Assembly: GCA_046484865.1 (NCBI GenBank)
Contig: JAWOID010000079.1
Coordinates: forward strand, 19,548-83,547
DNA length: 64,000 nt
Source: Candidatus Krumholzibacteriia bacterium
GTDB taxonomy: Bacteria; Krumholzibacteriota; Krumholzibacteriia; LZORAL124-64-63
Direction: 5' to 3'
Part shown: positions 37,484 through 45,993 of the stretch, piece by piece
Position numbering within the stretch: position 1 is the first letter of the stretch
Layout: every line of letters starts with the position of its first letter
Position numbers and translations under genes: made by a program
The notes under the pieces: model-generated
Told to the model about the DNA's origin: nothing
Databases searched by the model: none
What the model saw: the letters and a program-made list of their open reading frames with translations, nothing else

Positions 37484-38332
37484 CTAGCGCGACCGCGGGA
37501 GCTGGTTGACGCTCTTCTCGAGCAGGTCGTCGTTCGACTGCACCACGCGGCTGGCCACCTCGAACGCGCGCTGGGCCGCGATCATGTCCACCAGGGTATC
37601 GATGGGGTCCACGTTGCTGGACTCGAGTTGCCCCTGCATCATCCGCACCGACGCGCGCTCTACGGGCTCGGCGGCCAGGTCGGCGGGCGCGGAGAGCAGG
37701 CCGTGGCTGCGGTGCTCCAGGCGCATGGGCTCGGCGAAGTCGACCACGCGCAAGCGGCTCACGACGGTGCCGTCCACCTGGACCGACCCGTCCTCCCCCA
37801 CGGTGAAGTCGCGTCCACCCTCGATCCGGATGGGTCCGCCCTCGCCGAGCACCGGCTCGCCGGAAGCGGTGACCAGGCGGCTCTGGGCGTCGAGCCGGAA
37901 GGCCCCCGACCGCGTGAACCGCTCGCCCTCCGCGGTCTCCACGGCGAAGTAGCCGGGACCGAGCAGCGCCAGGTCCGTGCTGCGGCCGGTGGCTCGCAGC
38001 ACCCCGGGCCGAGGATCGAGGATCTGCCGCACCTGCAGCGCCGCCTGGTCCGGCCACGGCCCGGGCAGCGCCGGCGACCCGCCTGGTTCCCCCGCTCGGT
38101 TCCGCGCCGGTCTGGCGAGCCCCAGCGGAACGCCGTCTTCTCCGGTCTCGCCGGGTTCGGCCGCGAGGCTGCCGGAGCGACCGTCGAGCCCGCCGGCGGC
38201 CGCGTCCTGCACCGTCATGAGCACCTGCCGGAAGCCGTCGGTGTCGACGTTGGCGAGGTTGTTGGCGAGGGTGTCGACCCTCAGCTGCTCGATGTGCATG
38301 GCGGCCTCGGCCGTTCGCAAGCTACGCAGCAC
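37484..38332 (-). CDS. flgF: Proximal rod protein
   Basis: GTG start (MLRSLRTA) after AAGGAGG; NNLANVDTDGF, LESSNVDP. Confidence 0.9.
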   Translation of the reverse strand: MLRSLRTAEAAMHIEQLRVDTLANNLANVDTDGFRQVLMTVQDAAAGGLDGRSGSLAAEPGETGEDGVPLGLARPARNRAGEPGGSPALPGPWPDQAALQVRQILDPRPGVLRATGRSTDLALLGPGYFAVETAEGERFTRSGAFRLDAQSRLVTASGEPVLGEGGPIRIEGGRDFTVGEDGSVQVDGTVVSRLRVVDFAEPMRLEHRSHGLLSAPADLAAEPVERASVRMMQGQLESSNVDPIDTLVDMIAAQRAFEVASRVVQSNDDLLEKSVNQLPRSR

Positions 38333-38382
38333 GTGGTTGCCTCCTTCACGCGCGCAGGGTTCACGGCGCCGTCGCCGAGGCC

Positions 38383-38397
38383 GCAATCGGCATGCCA
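38383..38397 (-). promoter_or_regulatory. sigma54 promoter for flgFGAHIJ
   Basis: TGGCAT-GCCGA-TTGC, 50 nt above the flgF start. Confidence 0.85.
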
Positions 38398-38657
38398 CCC
38401 CCGGGCGCCGTCGCACGGGCGGACGCGGCGTCTGGACCGGCCGCCCGCGACCGGCGCCGGCGGGCAGATGTTGCCGGCCGGCGCGGCAGCGCCGGGTATG
38501 GGTCGGGGGTGTGCGGCGGCAGAATGGAGGCAGGGCGGCAGGATCTGCCGGTCGGTGCTCGTGCGGACCGCCCACCGGACCGGCAAGGCCTGGCGCGCAG
38601 CGGACCACGCCGGGCCGCCGGCACCGGCGCGTCAGGAAGGGGACCAGCGGTGGTCGA

Positions 38658-40280
38658 TTACCGGACGGCGGCGCGCGGATCCGGGGTGGTCCTGGGTCCG
38701 GTCTTCCCGGTCGCGCTCGCGGCCGGGCCGGAGCCGGCCAGGTCGCCGGGCGACGGCTCGCCTGCGGCGGCCAGCGGCACGGTGAGGGTGAAGACGCTGC
38801 CGGCGCCTGGCCGGCTGGTGACCTGCACCGTGCCGCCGTGCGCCTCGACGAGCTTCTTGACGATCACCAGCCCGAGCCCCACGCCCTTGATGTGTCGCGC
38901 CTGGCGCGCTCGCTGGTAGGGGTGGAAGAGCTCGGCGAGATCCTCCGGCGGGATGCCGATGCCGCCGTCGGCGACGGTGATCACGGCCACGTCGCGCGCA
39001 TCCGCCAGCGATCTCGGCGACTCGGTTTGCGAGGTCGCGGCGGACGGCTCCGCGGGCCCGGCGGGACCCGGCGTCCGGACAGGCCGGCACTCGGCGGCGA
39101 TGCGGATCCAGCCTCCCTCCTCGTTGTACTTGATCGCGTTGCTCAGGAGGTTGGTGAGGATCTGCTTCAGTCGCAGCGGGTCGGCGTCCACACGCACGCC
39201 GGCCATCGCGTCCACCTCGATGCCGATGGCGCGATCGGCCGCCAGGAACCCGAGATCGGCCACCACCGACCGCACGAGATCGGCCAGTTCCACCTCGTCG
39301 CGCTTGAGGTTCACGAAACCGGCGTCGAGCTTGCTGACGTCCAGGAAGTCGTTGAGAAGCTCCGTGAGCTCCCCCACCTTGCCCTGCACGCTGGTCAGGA
39401 AATCCTGCTGCACGCCGTTGACGGGACCGGCCTTGCCCGTCGCCAGGAGCGAGACGTAGCCATGGATCACCGACAGCGGCGACCGCAGATCGTGGGCGAT
39501 CATGGAGTGGAAGTCGGCCCGCATGCGCTCGTCGGCCACCTTCTCGGTGATGTCCTGGAAGATGTAGGCCATCGCCTCGTCGTCCCGGGCGAGCATGATG
39601 GGAGCCGAGCGGGCAGTGAGGATCACCGGCTCCTCGTCGAGCGCCACCGCCAGCCGGACCTCCTCGCGGGTTCCTGCCCGCAGCTGCGTGACCAGCGGCT
39701 CCGGCACGCCCACGGCGGCGAGGATCGCGCTGAACGACTGGAAGTGCATCACCTCGCGCGGCAGCCGGAAGAGGCTCATGAACACCTGGCTGGCCAGCAC
39801 CAGGCGGTCCTCGCGATCACAGATGGCCACCGGCTCGTGCAGGAAACGGAAGATCTGCTCGAGCTTGTCGCGCTCCGTGCGCAGCGCGTCCTGCAGTTCC
39901 TTGATGCGCAGGAAGGCGCGGATCTTCGAGTCCAGTTCCCCGGCGGCGATCCCCTTGGGGATGAAGTCGTCGGCGCCCATGTCCAGGCCGCGGATCCGCT
40001 CCTGCACCGCCGACTCGGAGCTGATCATGAGGATGGGGATGTAGCTGGTGTCATGGTAGCGGCGCAGGATCCGGCTGACGTCGAAGCCGTGCATCCCCGG
40101 CAGTTCCTTGTCCAGCAGGATCAGGTCGGGAAGCAACTCCATGGCCAGCCGGGCGCCGGTCTCGCCGTCGTGGGCGAGGAGCACCCGGTAACCCTTGCGT
40201 TCGAGCAACCGCTGCAGGTACAGGCACGTGGGCGGCGAATCGTCGATGACCAGGATGGTGCGGGGCGCGCTGTCGTTCAT
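38658..40280 (-). CDS. Hybrid REC-PAS-like-histidine kinase
   Basis: IDDS/LLDKELP receiver; AHDLRSPL, NLLSNAIKY, DGGIG, GVGLGL. Confidence 0.92.
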   Translation of the reverse strand: MNDSAPRTILVIDDSPPTCLYLQRLLERKGYRVLLAHDGETGARLAMELLPDLILLDKELPGMHGFDVSRILRRYHDTSYIPILMISSESAVQERIRGLDMGADDFIPKGIAAGELDSKIRAFLRIKELQDALRTERDKLEQIFRFLHEPVAICDREDRLVLASQVFMSLFRLPREVMHFQSFSAILAAVGVPEPLVTQLRAGTREEVRLAVALDEEPVILTARSAPIMLARDDEAMAYIFQDITEKVADERMRADFHSMIAHDLRSPLSVIHGYVSLLATGKAGPVNGVQQDFLTSVQGKVGELTELLNDFLDVSKLDAGFVNLKRDEVELADLVRSVVADLGFLAADRAIGIEVDAMAGVRVDADPLRLKQILTNLLSNAIKYNEEGGWIRIAAECRPVRTPGPAGPAEPSAATSQTESPRSLADARDVAVITVADGGIGIPPEDLAELFHPYQRARQARHIKGVGLGLVIVKKLVEAHGGTVQVTSRPGAGSVFTLTVPLAAAGEPSPGDLAGSGPAASATGKTGPRTTPDPRAAVR

Positions 40281-40340
40281 GCCGGCTTCGCCTCGGGCAA
40301 CTCGCCAGGGATCATGATCGGGACGGTGTCTGTGGTTGGA

Positions 40341-40368
40341 TGATCGGTCCCGGCCGCGCCGGTCTGTA
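40341..40368 (-). promoter_or_regulatory. Possible sigma28 promoter for the hybrid kinase
   Basis: TACAG-N15-ACCGATCA, degenerate match. Confidence 0.35.
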
Positions 40369-40466
40369 GCGAAAAGGCGGGATGCGCCCGGACGCCGGCC
40401 CGGAGCCGCGCTCGAGGGGCGTCCACGGCCGCTGCGAGCCGGCGACCGCGGGCGAGTCGGAGCGGG

Positions 40467-40862
40467 CTAGATGGTCTCGAGCAGGAGAGCGATGTGCTGC
40501 TCGAGTGCGGCGAGGCCCTCGGGCTCGATCGCCGTGAAGAAGACCGCGACATCGTACTGGCCCACGGCGGGGTCGTCGTGTTCGGGCTCGACCCGCACCA
40601 CCAGGCCCTCGCACTCGATGCTGGCGAGACGCGGTCCCGAGTCGCCGTCGAGACCGGGCACGGTCACCTGCATGGCCATGGCCAGCTTCGTCATCGGCTC
40701 GATGAAGTGATCGGAACGGAAGTAGCAGCCCGAGGTGCTGATGTTGAGCGTCTGCAGGGCGGACGTCGCCACCGTGCCGTCCTCGCCCGACAGGCGAACC
40801 TCCAGGCGCAGGCTGGCATCCACTCGCTTCGACTTGCGGCGTTCGGTATCCTGGTACGCCAC
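40467..40862 (-). CDS. Stand-alone PilZ (c-di-GMP-binding) protein
   Basis: GTG start; RxxxR (ERRKSKR) and D/NxSxxG (NISTSG). Confidence 0.85.
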   Translation of the reverse strand: MAYQDTERRKSKRVDASLRLEVRLSGEDGTVATSALQTLNISTSGCYFRSDHFIEPMTKLAMAMQVTVPGLDGDSGPRLASIECEGLVVRVEPEHDDPAVGQYDVAVFFTAIEPEGLAALEQHIALLLETI

Positions 40863-40973
40863 GGCGCTCCCCTCCCCGGGGCTGGGGTGGACGTCGTCGT
40901 CGCCCGTGTCCGCGCTCCGGGGCGCCCCCGGACGGGCGCGCCCCGCCACGGCCACCGCCGACGATGACGACGG

Positions 40974-41063
40974 CTACTTCTTCTTGTGACGGTTCTTCCG
41001 CAGCCGCTTCTTGCGCTTGTGCGTGGCGATCTTCTTGCGCTTGCGCTTGCGTCCGTTGGGCAT
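40974..41063 (-). CDS. 29-aa basic protein, bS22/AURKAIP1-COX24 (DUF1713)-like small ribosomal protein
   Basis: MPNGRKRKRKKIATHKRKKRLRKNRHKKK*, GGAGG RBS; absent from the ORF track. Confidence 0.85.
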   Translation of the reverse strand: MPNGRKRKRKKIATHKRKKRLRKNRHKKK

Positions 41064-41354
41064 CGTCTCACCTCCCTCGCCTGGGTTGCGCGAGGTCGTC
41101 GCTCAGGCGCCACCGACACGCGGCGACGCCTGCGGTCATGGTCGTGACCAGCCGGGTTCGTATCGTTGAACGGCCGCGGCCGTCAAAGCCGCGCCAAGAT
41201 AGGAAAATCGCGCGCGGGATACAACCTCGACGATGGCGCACCGCCATCTGCACGTTCCGCCGCGCTCATGCGCCGGCGCGCGATCCTGGCCCGGATCATT
41301 CACGAGCGACCCGCCGCGGCCGGTCACTCCATATCCTCCACCACTCCAGTTCCT

Positions 41355-41651
41355 CTAGGCCTGCACCTCTTCATGATCCGTGTTCAGCCGGGACTTCAGC
41401 TCGTTGGAAGCCTTGAAGTACGGCACCTTCTTCTCGGGGACCGCCACCGACTCGCCCGTGCGCGGATTGCGCGCCTGGCGCGAACGCCGGTTCTTCACCT
41501 TGAAGCTCCCGAAACCGCGCAGTTCCACCTTGTCCTCGGTGAGGAGCGCGCGTCCGATGTTCTCCAGGATCAGGTTCACGATCACGCCCGTGTCCTTCTT
41601 GCTGATACCCGTTTCCTGCGCAATGATTTCCACCAGTTCGGCCTTGGTCAT
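41355..41651 (-). CDS. HU/IHF-family DNA-binding protein (IHF-beta-like)
   Basis: MTKAELV..ELRGFGSF..ARNPRTG..PYFK. Confidence 0.93.
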   Translation of the reverse strand: MTKAELVEIIAQETGISKKDTGVIVNLILENIGRALLTEDKVELRGFGSFKVKNRRSRQARNPRTGESVAVPEKKVPYFKASNELKSRLNTDHEEVQA

Positions 41652-41838
41652 CCCTTCCCCCTCGAGGTGGGCGTCGCGAAGATCTCGTCCGGCGACCAGT
41701 TCACTCGCTGCCGGATGATGCAATGCAGGCGTCCGGGTCCCGGTCGCTCTGCGCATTCCCGGTACGTCGGTCCGGGGCGCCCCCCGCGCGCCGCGGTGCA
41801 TCGGGGCGCCGGCCGGAAGGCCGGTGGCTCGCTGAGGC

Positions 41839-41867
41839 ACACTAGCATCACCCCTGGGATCTGTCAA
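41839..41867 (-). promoter_or_regulatory. sigma70 promoter for the HU/IHF gene
   Basis: TTGACA-N17-TAGTGT with extended TGn. Confidence 0.75.
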
Positions 41868-41879
41868 CTCGCCTCTGGA

Positions 41880-42025
41880 CAAAGAGTTGCGCCGCGCGGG
41901 AGCCCTGCTCCGAGGCGCGGCGCACTGGACGGTCTTCCGCATCGTGCCGCGTGACCTCACGGAAGAGCTTACGGACGTGTCGTAGGCCTGCCGGAGCTCA
42001 AGCGCAAGCAGCGCAGGAACCGTGC
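41880..42025 (-). ncRNA. Candidate sigma54-dependent structured small RNA
   Basis: Follows a sigma54 motif; several stems; ends in 10-bp stem 41888-41897/41915-41924 followed by ACTCTTTGT. Confidence 0.35.
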
Positions 42026-42035
42026 GCCTGCCGTA

Positions 42036-42050
42036 ACAAGCTGCGTGCCA
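42036..42050 (-). promoter_or_regulatory. sigma54 promoter
   Basis: TGGCAC-GCAGC-TTGT. Confidence 0.65.
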
Positions 42051-42287
42051 CGCGCCGGCCGTATCACGGCGACCCGTACCTGGGTTCGACAACGTGATAC
42101 CGGGGAGCGAGTTACCGGAGTAAGCCTGAAGAACCGTGCACCGCGCCGGGGCATCGCGCGACATCGTCGCCCCCGGTCGGGATTGCAGAATGGCGGCTCC
42201 GCGGCGGACGAGAGAGCATCGTGCCTGCTGCGGCGTCCTCCCCGGCTCCCGTGCCGCGGCCGGAGTTCGGGTCGCCGATGCCGCCGG

Positions 42288-43859
42288 TCAGCCGCGCGCC
42301 AGGGCGCCGAAGAGCTGCTCGTGCGCCGCCGTGAACCGGCAGCCCCGCCGCGCCATGACCGTCCGGGCGGTGGCCGCGGCGCGAGCGGCATCGTACGGTG
42401 GACCGGCGGGATCGTCGCCCCAGGTGAAGTTCGGCAGGAACTTGGGCGGGAATCCCCTTGCGAAGACGTTGCTTGCGAACCCGACACAGGATCCAGTGTT
42501 GAGCATGGTGCCGATCGCCGTCTTCGCGTGTTCCCCCAGGAGCAGGCCCACGAAACGCTGGCCGGTGTCCACCTCGCCGGCGCCCTGATCGACCCGGACC
42601 GTTCCGTAGTTGTTCTTGAGATCGCTGCAGGTCGTGCCCGCACCGAGGTTCACCCAGCCGCCCAGGTAGGCATGGCCGATGAAACCGTCGTGCTGCTTGT
42701 TGCCGAGGTCCAGGAAGGTGCTCTCGGCCACCTCGCCGGCCAGCTTGCAGCCGGCCCCCACGGAGGTCTCGCCGTAGATACGCGCCCCGGCCTTGATTCT
42801 CGCCCCGGGCCCCACGTACAGCGGCCCTGCCAGGTAGCAAAGACCCTCCACCACCACGCCGCGATCCAGGACGATCGGCCCATGGTCGGCGGCGAGCACC
42901 GTCTGGGGCCCTAGATCCACGTCCGCGCCCAGCCACACGCCGGCGTCGCCGTGGACCGCGGCGGGTCCCGGGGTCAAGGCACCGGCCTCGGTCAGACGTC
43001 CGGGGAGGCTCCAGACGGGAGGCGAACCGGCGGCCGCGATCGCACCGAAGATCCACCGTCCCTCGATGCGACCACCCGCGAGGAAGTCGCGCAGGTCGCC
43101 TGCGATGGCGGCCGCGGTGGCCGGCACCAGGTCCCAGAGATGTCCGAATGCCGCCGGGCTCCCCTCGCCGGCGTTCCCGCACGCGGCGAGGACAGCGTCG
43201 GCCGCGCCGCCGGCGGGCGCGTCCGCCAGCCGGCAGACCGGAGCTCCACCGGCGTCGCTCCCCGCCTGCTGGGCCGACCCGCCGGTCGCACCGGACGCAC
43301 CGGACGCACCGGTCGCGCCGCCGGCCCTGGCGGCGGTCCCGGAGCCGTCGCGCGGGGCCCCGTCGGCGGCGCCGAGCTCGAGCGGTGCCACGTCCCGGGA
43401 CGCGTCGCGCCAGCAGCCTTCCCGCGCACGCGCGGCGTCCCAGACGGCCCACGCAGCCACCGCGGCCCGGGCAGCGCCCGGACCCAGCGCCGATGCCAGC
43501 ACCCCCCACCTGTCGCGCAGGTACCAGCCCTCGGCCTGCCGTGCCAGGTCGAGCAGAGCCGAGAGCAACCGGTGCGACGGGCCCAACCTGGCATTCAGCA
43601 GGAGCACCCGGTCGGCTCGCGCGCAGGCTGCCGCCACCGGCTCGGCACCGACGGCGACGCCGTCGGGCCCCCCGAACGCCGCCAGCGGAGCGTGCGGCAG
43701 GAGTCCCAGTTCGTCGCCGGCCTGGTCGTCGCGCAGCAGTTCGCACCGCTCGCGCAGGTTCAGGATGCCGCAGCGCAACTCGTACACCGGCCGGCTCCAG
43801 CTCAGCGGCCGGAAGCCGGTCAGGGTCTCGTCCTCCTGGATCACCGTCAGCAGACGCAA
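42288..43859 (-). CDS. GlmU-like putative sugar nucleotidyltransferase/hexapeptide acyltransferase
   Basis: TTG start LRLLTV; PLSWSRPVYELRCG, CKLAGEV, NKQHDGFIGH..WVNLGAG..SDLKNNY. Confidence 0.88.
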   Translation of the reverse strand: MRLLTVIQEDETLTGFRPLSWSRPVYELRCGILNLRERCELLRDDQAGDELGLLPHAPLAAFGGPDGVAVGAEPVAAACARADRVLLLNARLGPSHRLLSALLDLARQAEGWYLRDRWGVLASALGPGAARAAVAAWAVWDAARAREGCWRDASRDVAPLELGAADGAPRDGSGTAARAGGATGASGASGATGGSAQQAGSDAGGAPVCRLADAPAGGAADAVLAACGNAGEGSPAAFGHLWDLVPATAAAIAGDLRDFLAGGRIEGRWIFGAIAAAGSPPVWSLPGRLTEAGALTPGPAAVHGDAGVWLGADVDLGPQTVLAADHGPIVLDRGVVVEGLCYLAGPLYVGPGARIKAGARIYGETSVGAGCKLAGEVAESTFLDLGNKQHDGFIGHAYLGGWVNLGAGTTCSDLKNNYGTVRVDQGAGEVDTGQRFVGLLLGEHAKTAIGTMLNTGSCVGFASNVFARGFPPKFLPNFTWGDDPAGPPYDAARAAATARTVMARRGCRFTAAHEQLFGALARG

Positions 43860-44185
43860 GCTGTCCTCCCCCGCAGATCGGCTCCGGAACGCGCCCCGCC
43901 GCCGCATCCGATGCGCAGCCTGGCGATCGGCGCCGAGACGACGCGCGACCGCAGTCGGACGAATGTACCGGCACGCGGCCGGCGGCGACAAGAGGCGACT
44001 GAGCCCGGTGGCGGAATCGCGAACGTAGCATGTTTGTCACACGCCATTCGATTGCAAGAAGCCGAGAGTCGCTCCCACATCCGAATTCAACCTTCCGCAC
44101 GCTGGGACGAAAACACCGGGGGGGCCGTTTCCCCCCGCCGGCGAGGGTCGCCGACGGGGCCGCGGCCATCGGCCCGAGGTGGACC

Positions 44186-44533
44186 ATGGCGAGCCAGAGA
44201 CCCCGGTTCCTGAAGGAAGAGATGTACCAGCTGCTGAGGGTGGACAACGTCAAGGCCTTCAACATCCGGAAGCAGAACGGCCAGACCTGCGAGCTGTGCG
44301 GGACCGATCTGCGCGGCCTCGATCTGCGCGGCCTGGATGCCGACGGGCTCGACTTCTCCGGCTGCTACTTCCGCGACACGGACCTGCGCGGGGTCGATCT
44401 GTCCCGGGCCCGGCTGGAGGGCGCGTCGTTCTTCGGCTGCAAGATCTCGGGCGCCTACTTCCCTCCGGAGCTGAGCTCCGACGAGATCCGCCTGTCGCTG
44501 GAGCACGGCACGCGGGTGCGTTACCGGACGTAG
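44186..44533 (+). CDS. Pentapeptide repeat protein
   Basis: DLRGL-DLRGL-DADGL-DFSGC..DLRGV-DLSRA-RLEGA repeats. Confidence 0.88.
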   Translation: MASQRPRFLKEEMYQLLRVDNVKAFNIRKQNGQTCELCGTDLRGLDLRGLDADGLDFSGCYFRDTDLRGVDLSRARLEGASFFGCKISGAYFPPELSSDEIRLSLEHGTRVRYRT

Positions 44534-44547
44534 GCCAGCCGGGCCGG

Positions 44548-45990
44548 TCACTCGCCGCGACGACGCACGACGTAGTCCGGCTCCGGCACGTCGATCCCGA
44601 TCTCCGCGAGACGACGGCGGGCGATGTCGTAGAACTTGCGGCCGGGAAAGCGCGCGTAACCCAGCTCGATGTCGTAGATCGGCTCGCCCTGCGTGAATCG
44701 CCAGTGGTTCAGGAGCGTGGGGATGCGGGCGCCCGGCTCGTACTGGATGAAGCGCCGGTGCGACGAGCTGAGTGGCGCCGGCGGCGCGTTCATCTTCGCG
44801 GCGAAGTGGATGAGTTCGAGCACCGCCTCGCCGGCAACCACCGGCTCGTCGCGACGGTCCTGCCAGCCCGACTGGATGTCGCGGGCGAGACGCGTGTCCA
44901 GGTTCTCGCCGGTGAACTCCCAGATGAACTTGTCGTAGGTGTCGATGCCGTCCATCACGAAGGCACCGAGCATGGCGTCGAACCCGAAGCGAGCCGCGGC
45001 GAAGATCAGCGCCAGGTCGTCGCAGACGCCCTCCCCGCGCTTGCGGCGGAAATAGACCTGGTCCACGTCGCCGAAGGTGTAGGTGACGTTCGTACCGCTC
45101 GGCAGGATGACGTCGAGCATGCGCAGGTGCTCGATGTCGCGCTCGCTGAATTCCGCCGACCCCGGGTCGAGGATCCCGAGCTGGGCCAGCCGTTGCGGCC
45201 GCGCCACGTGGATCTCGCCGCCTCCCAGCTCCAGCGGCTCGCCGGCATGGGTGAGCGGCTGGTAGCTGACGGCCATCTCCCGGTGGTGGAAGTCGTCCAT
45301 GAAACCCGCGAGGACCATGCCGGTGAGGAAGGCACGCGTGTCCGCCAGGTGGCCGGCCAGGAAGTCGACGCCGAGCAGCGGCCGCCCGCCGACCTGCAGC
45401 GGCATCTGTTCGCGCCCGAGATGATCGAGGACGTGGTCGCGGATCGTGGTCAGGCGCGCTCCCCGCTCCTGGCGGACGGCCCGACTCTCCATGCCCGGGT
45501 CGAGACGTTCCAGCACGCCGAGGATGCGATCGAAGGTGGCCTCCGGAAACGTGAGCGGCGTGCGGTCGGCGTCGCGGAACCACCCGTGGCCGTTCTGGGC
45601 CCGGCCCAGCACCGACTGGGGCAGCAGGACGCGCAGGGTCGCCGTGTCTGCCGCGAACGGGCGCGACAGCAGATACTCGAAGTCGAGCGCGACCAGCCTC
45701 TCGAACAGTTCGCGGTTGCCCCGGATGGAGAGCACCCGTGCGGGGGGTGGTCGCTCCTCGCTGCGCCGGTCGAGGGCGTCGCCCGTCCGGGCGCGGTTCC
45801 CGTGCAGCAGCGCGTCGATGCGCTCCAGCAGCCCGCGACGCTTCTCGACCCGCTTGCGTCGCAGACTCTGCCCGCCGCGACTGCCGGCGCGCCGGTTGCC
45901 GCCCGGCGCCGCCCGCGCCGGCCCCTTGCGTCCGCCCCGGGATCCAGCGCTCCGTGGCCGGTTCCCCTTCTTCTTCCTGCCGCCGGCCAA
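44548..45990 (-). CDS. Hypothetical protein (480 aa, basic N-terminal tail)
   Basis: Protein-like composition; starts 3 nt after the SSADH stop; no recognisable family. Confidence 0.75.
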   Translation of the reverse strand: MAGGRKKKGNRPRSAGSRGGRKGPARAAPGGNRRAGSRGGQSLRRKRVEKRRGLLERIDALLHGNRARTGDALDRRSEERPPPARVLSIRGNRELFERLVALDFEYLLSRPFAADTATLRVLLPQSVLGRAQNGHGWFRDADRTPLTFPEATFDRILGVLERLDPGMESRAVRQERGARLTTIRDHVLDHLGREQMPLQVGGRPLLGVDFLAGHLADTRAFLTGMVLAGFMDDFHHREMAVSYQPLTHAGEPLELGGGEIHVARPQRLAQLGILDPGSAEFSERDIEHLRMLDVILPSGTNVTYTFGDVDQVYFRRKRGEGVCDDLALIFAAARFGFDAMLGAFVMDGIDTYDKFIWEFTGENLDTRLARDIQSGWQDRRDEPVVAGEAVLELIHFAAKMNAPPAPLSSSHRRFIQYEPGARIPTLLNHWRFTQGEPIYDIELGYARFPGRKFYDIARRRLAEIGIDVPEPDYVVRRRGE

Positions 45991-45993
45991 GTT

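Noticed and set aside
42080..42092. GGTTCGA T-loop-like motif
   Set aside because: No cloverleaf, acceptor stem or CCA; not a tRNA
43280..43320. Short tandem GCACCGGAC-type repeats, and similar ones near 20288-20342 and 33475-33530
   Set aside because: They encode low-complexity protein linkers; no spacers or cas genes, so not CRISPR
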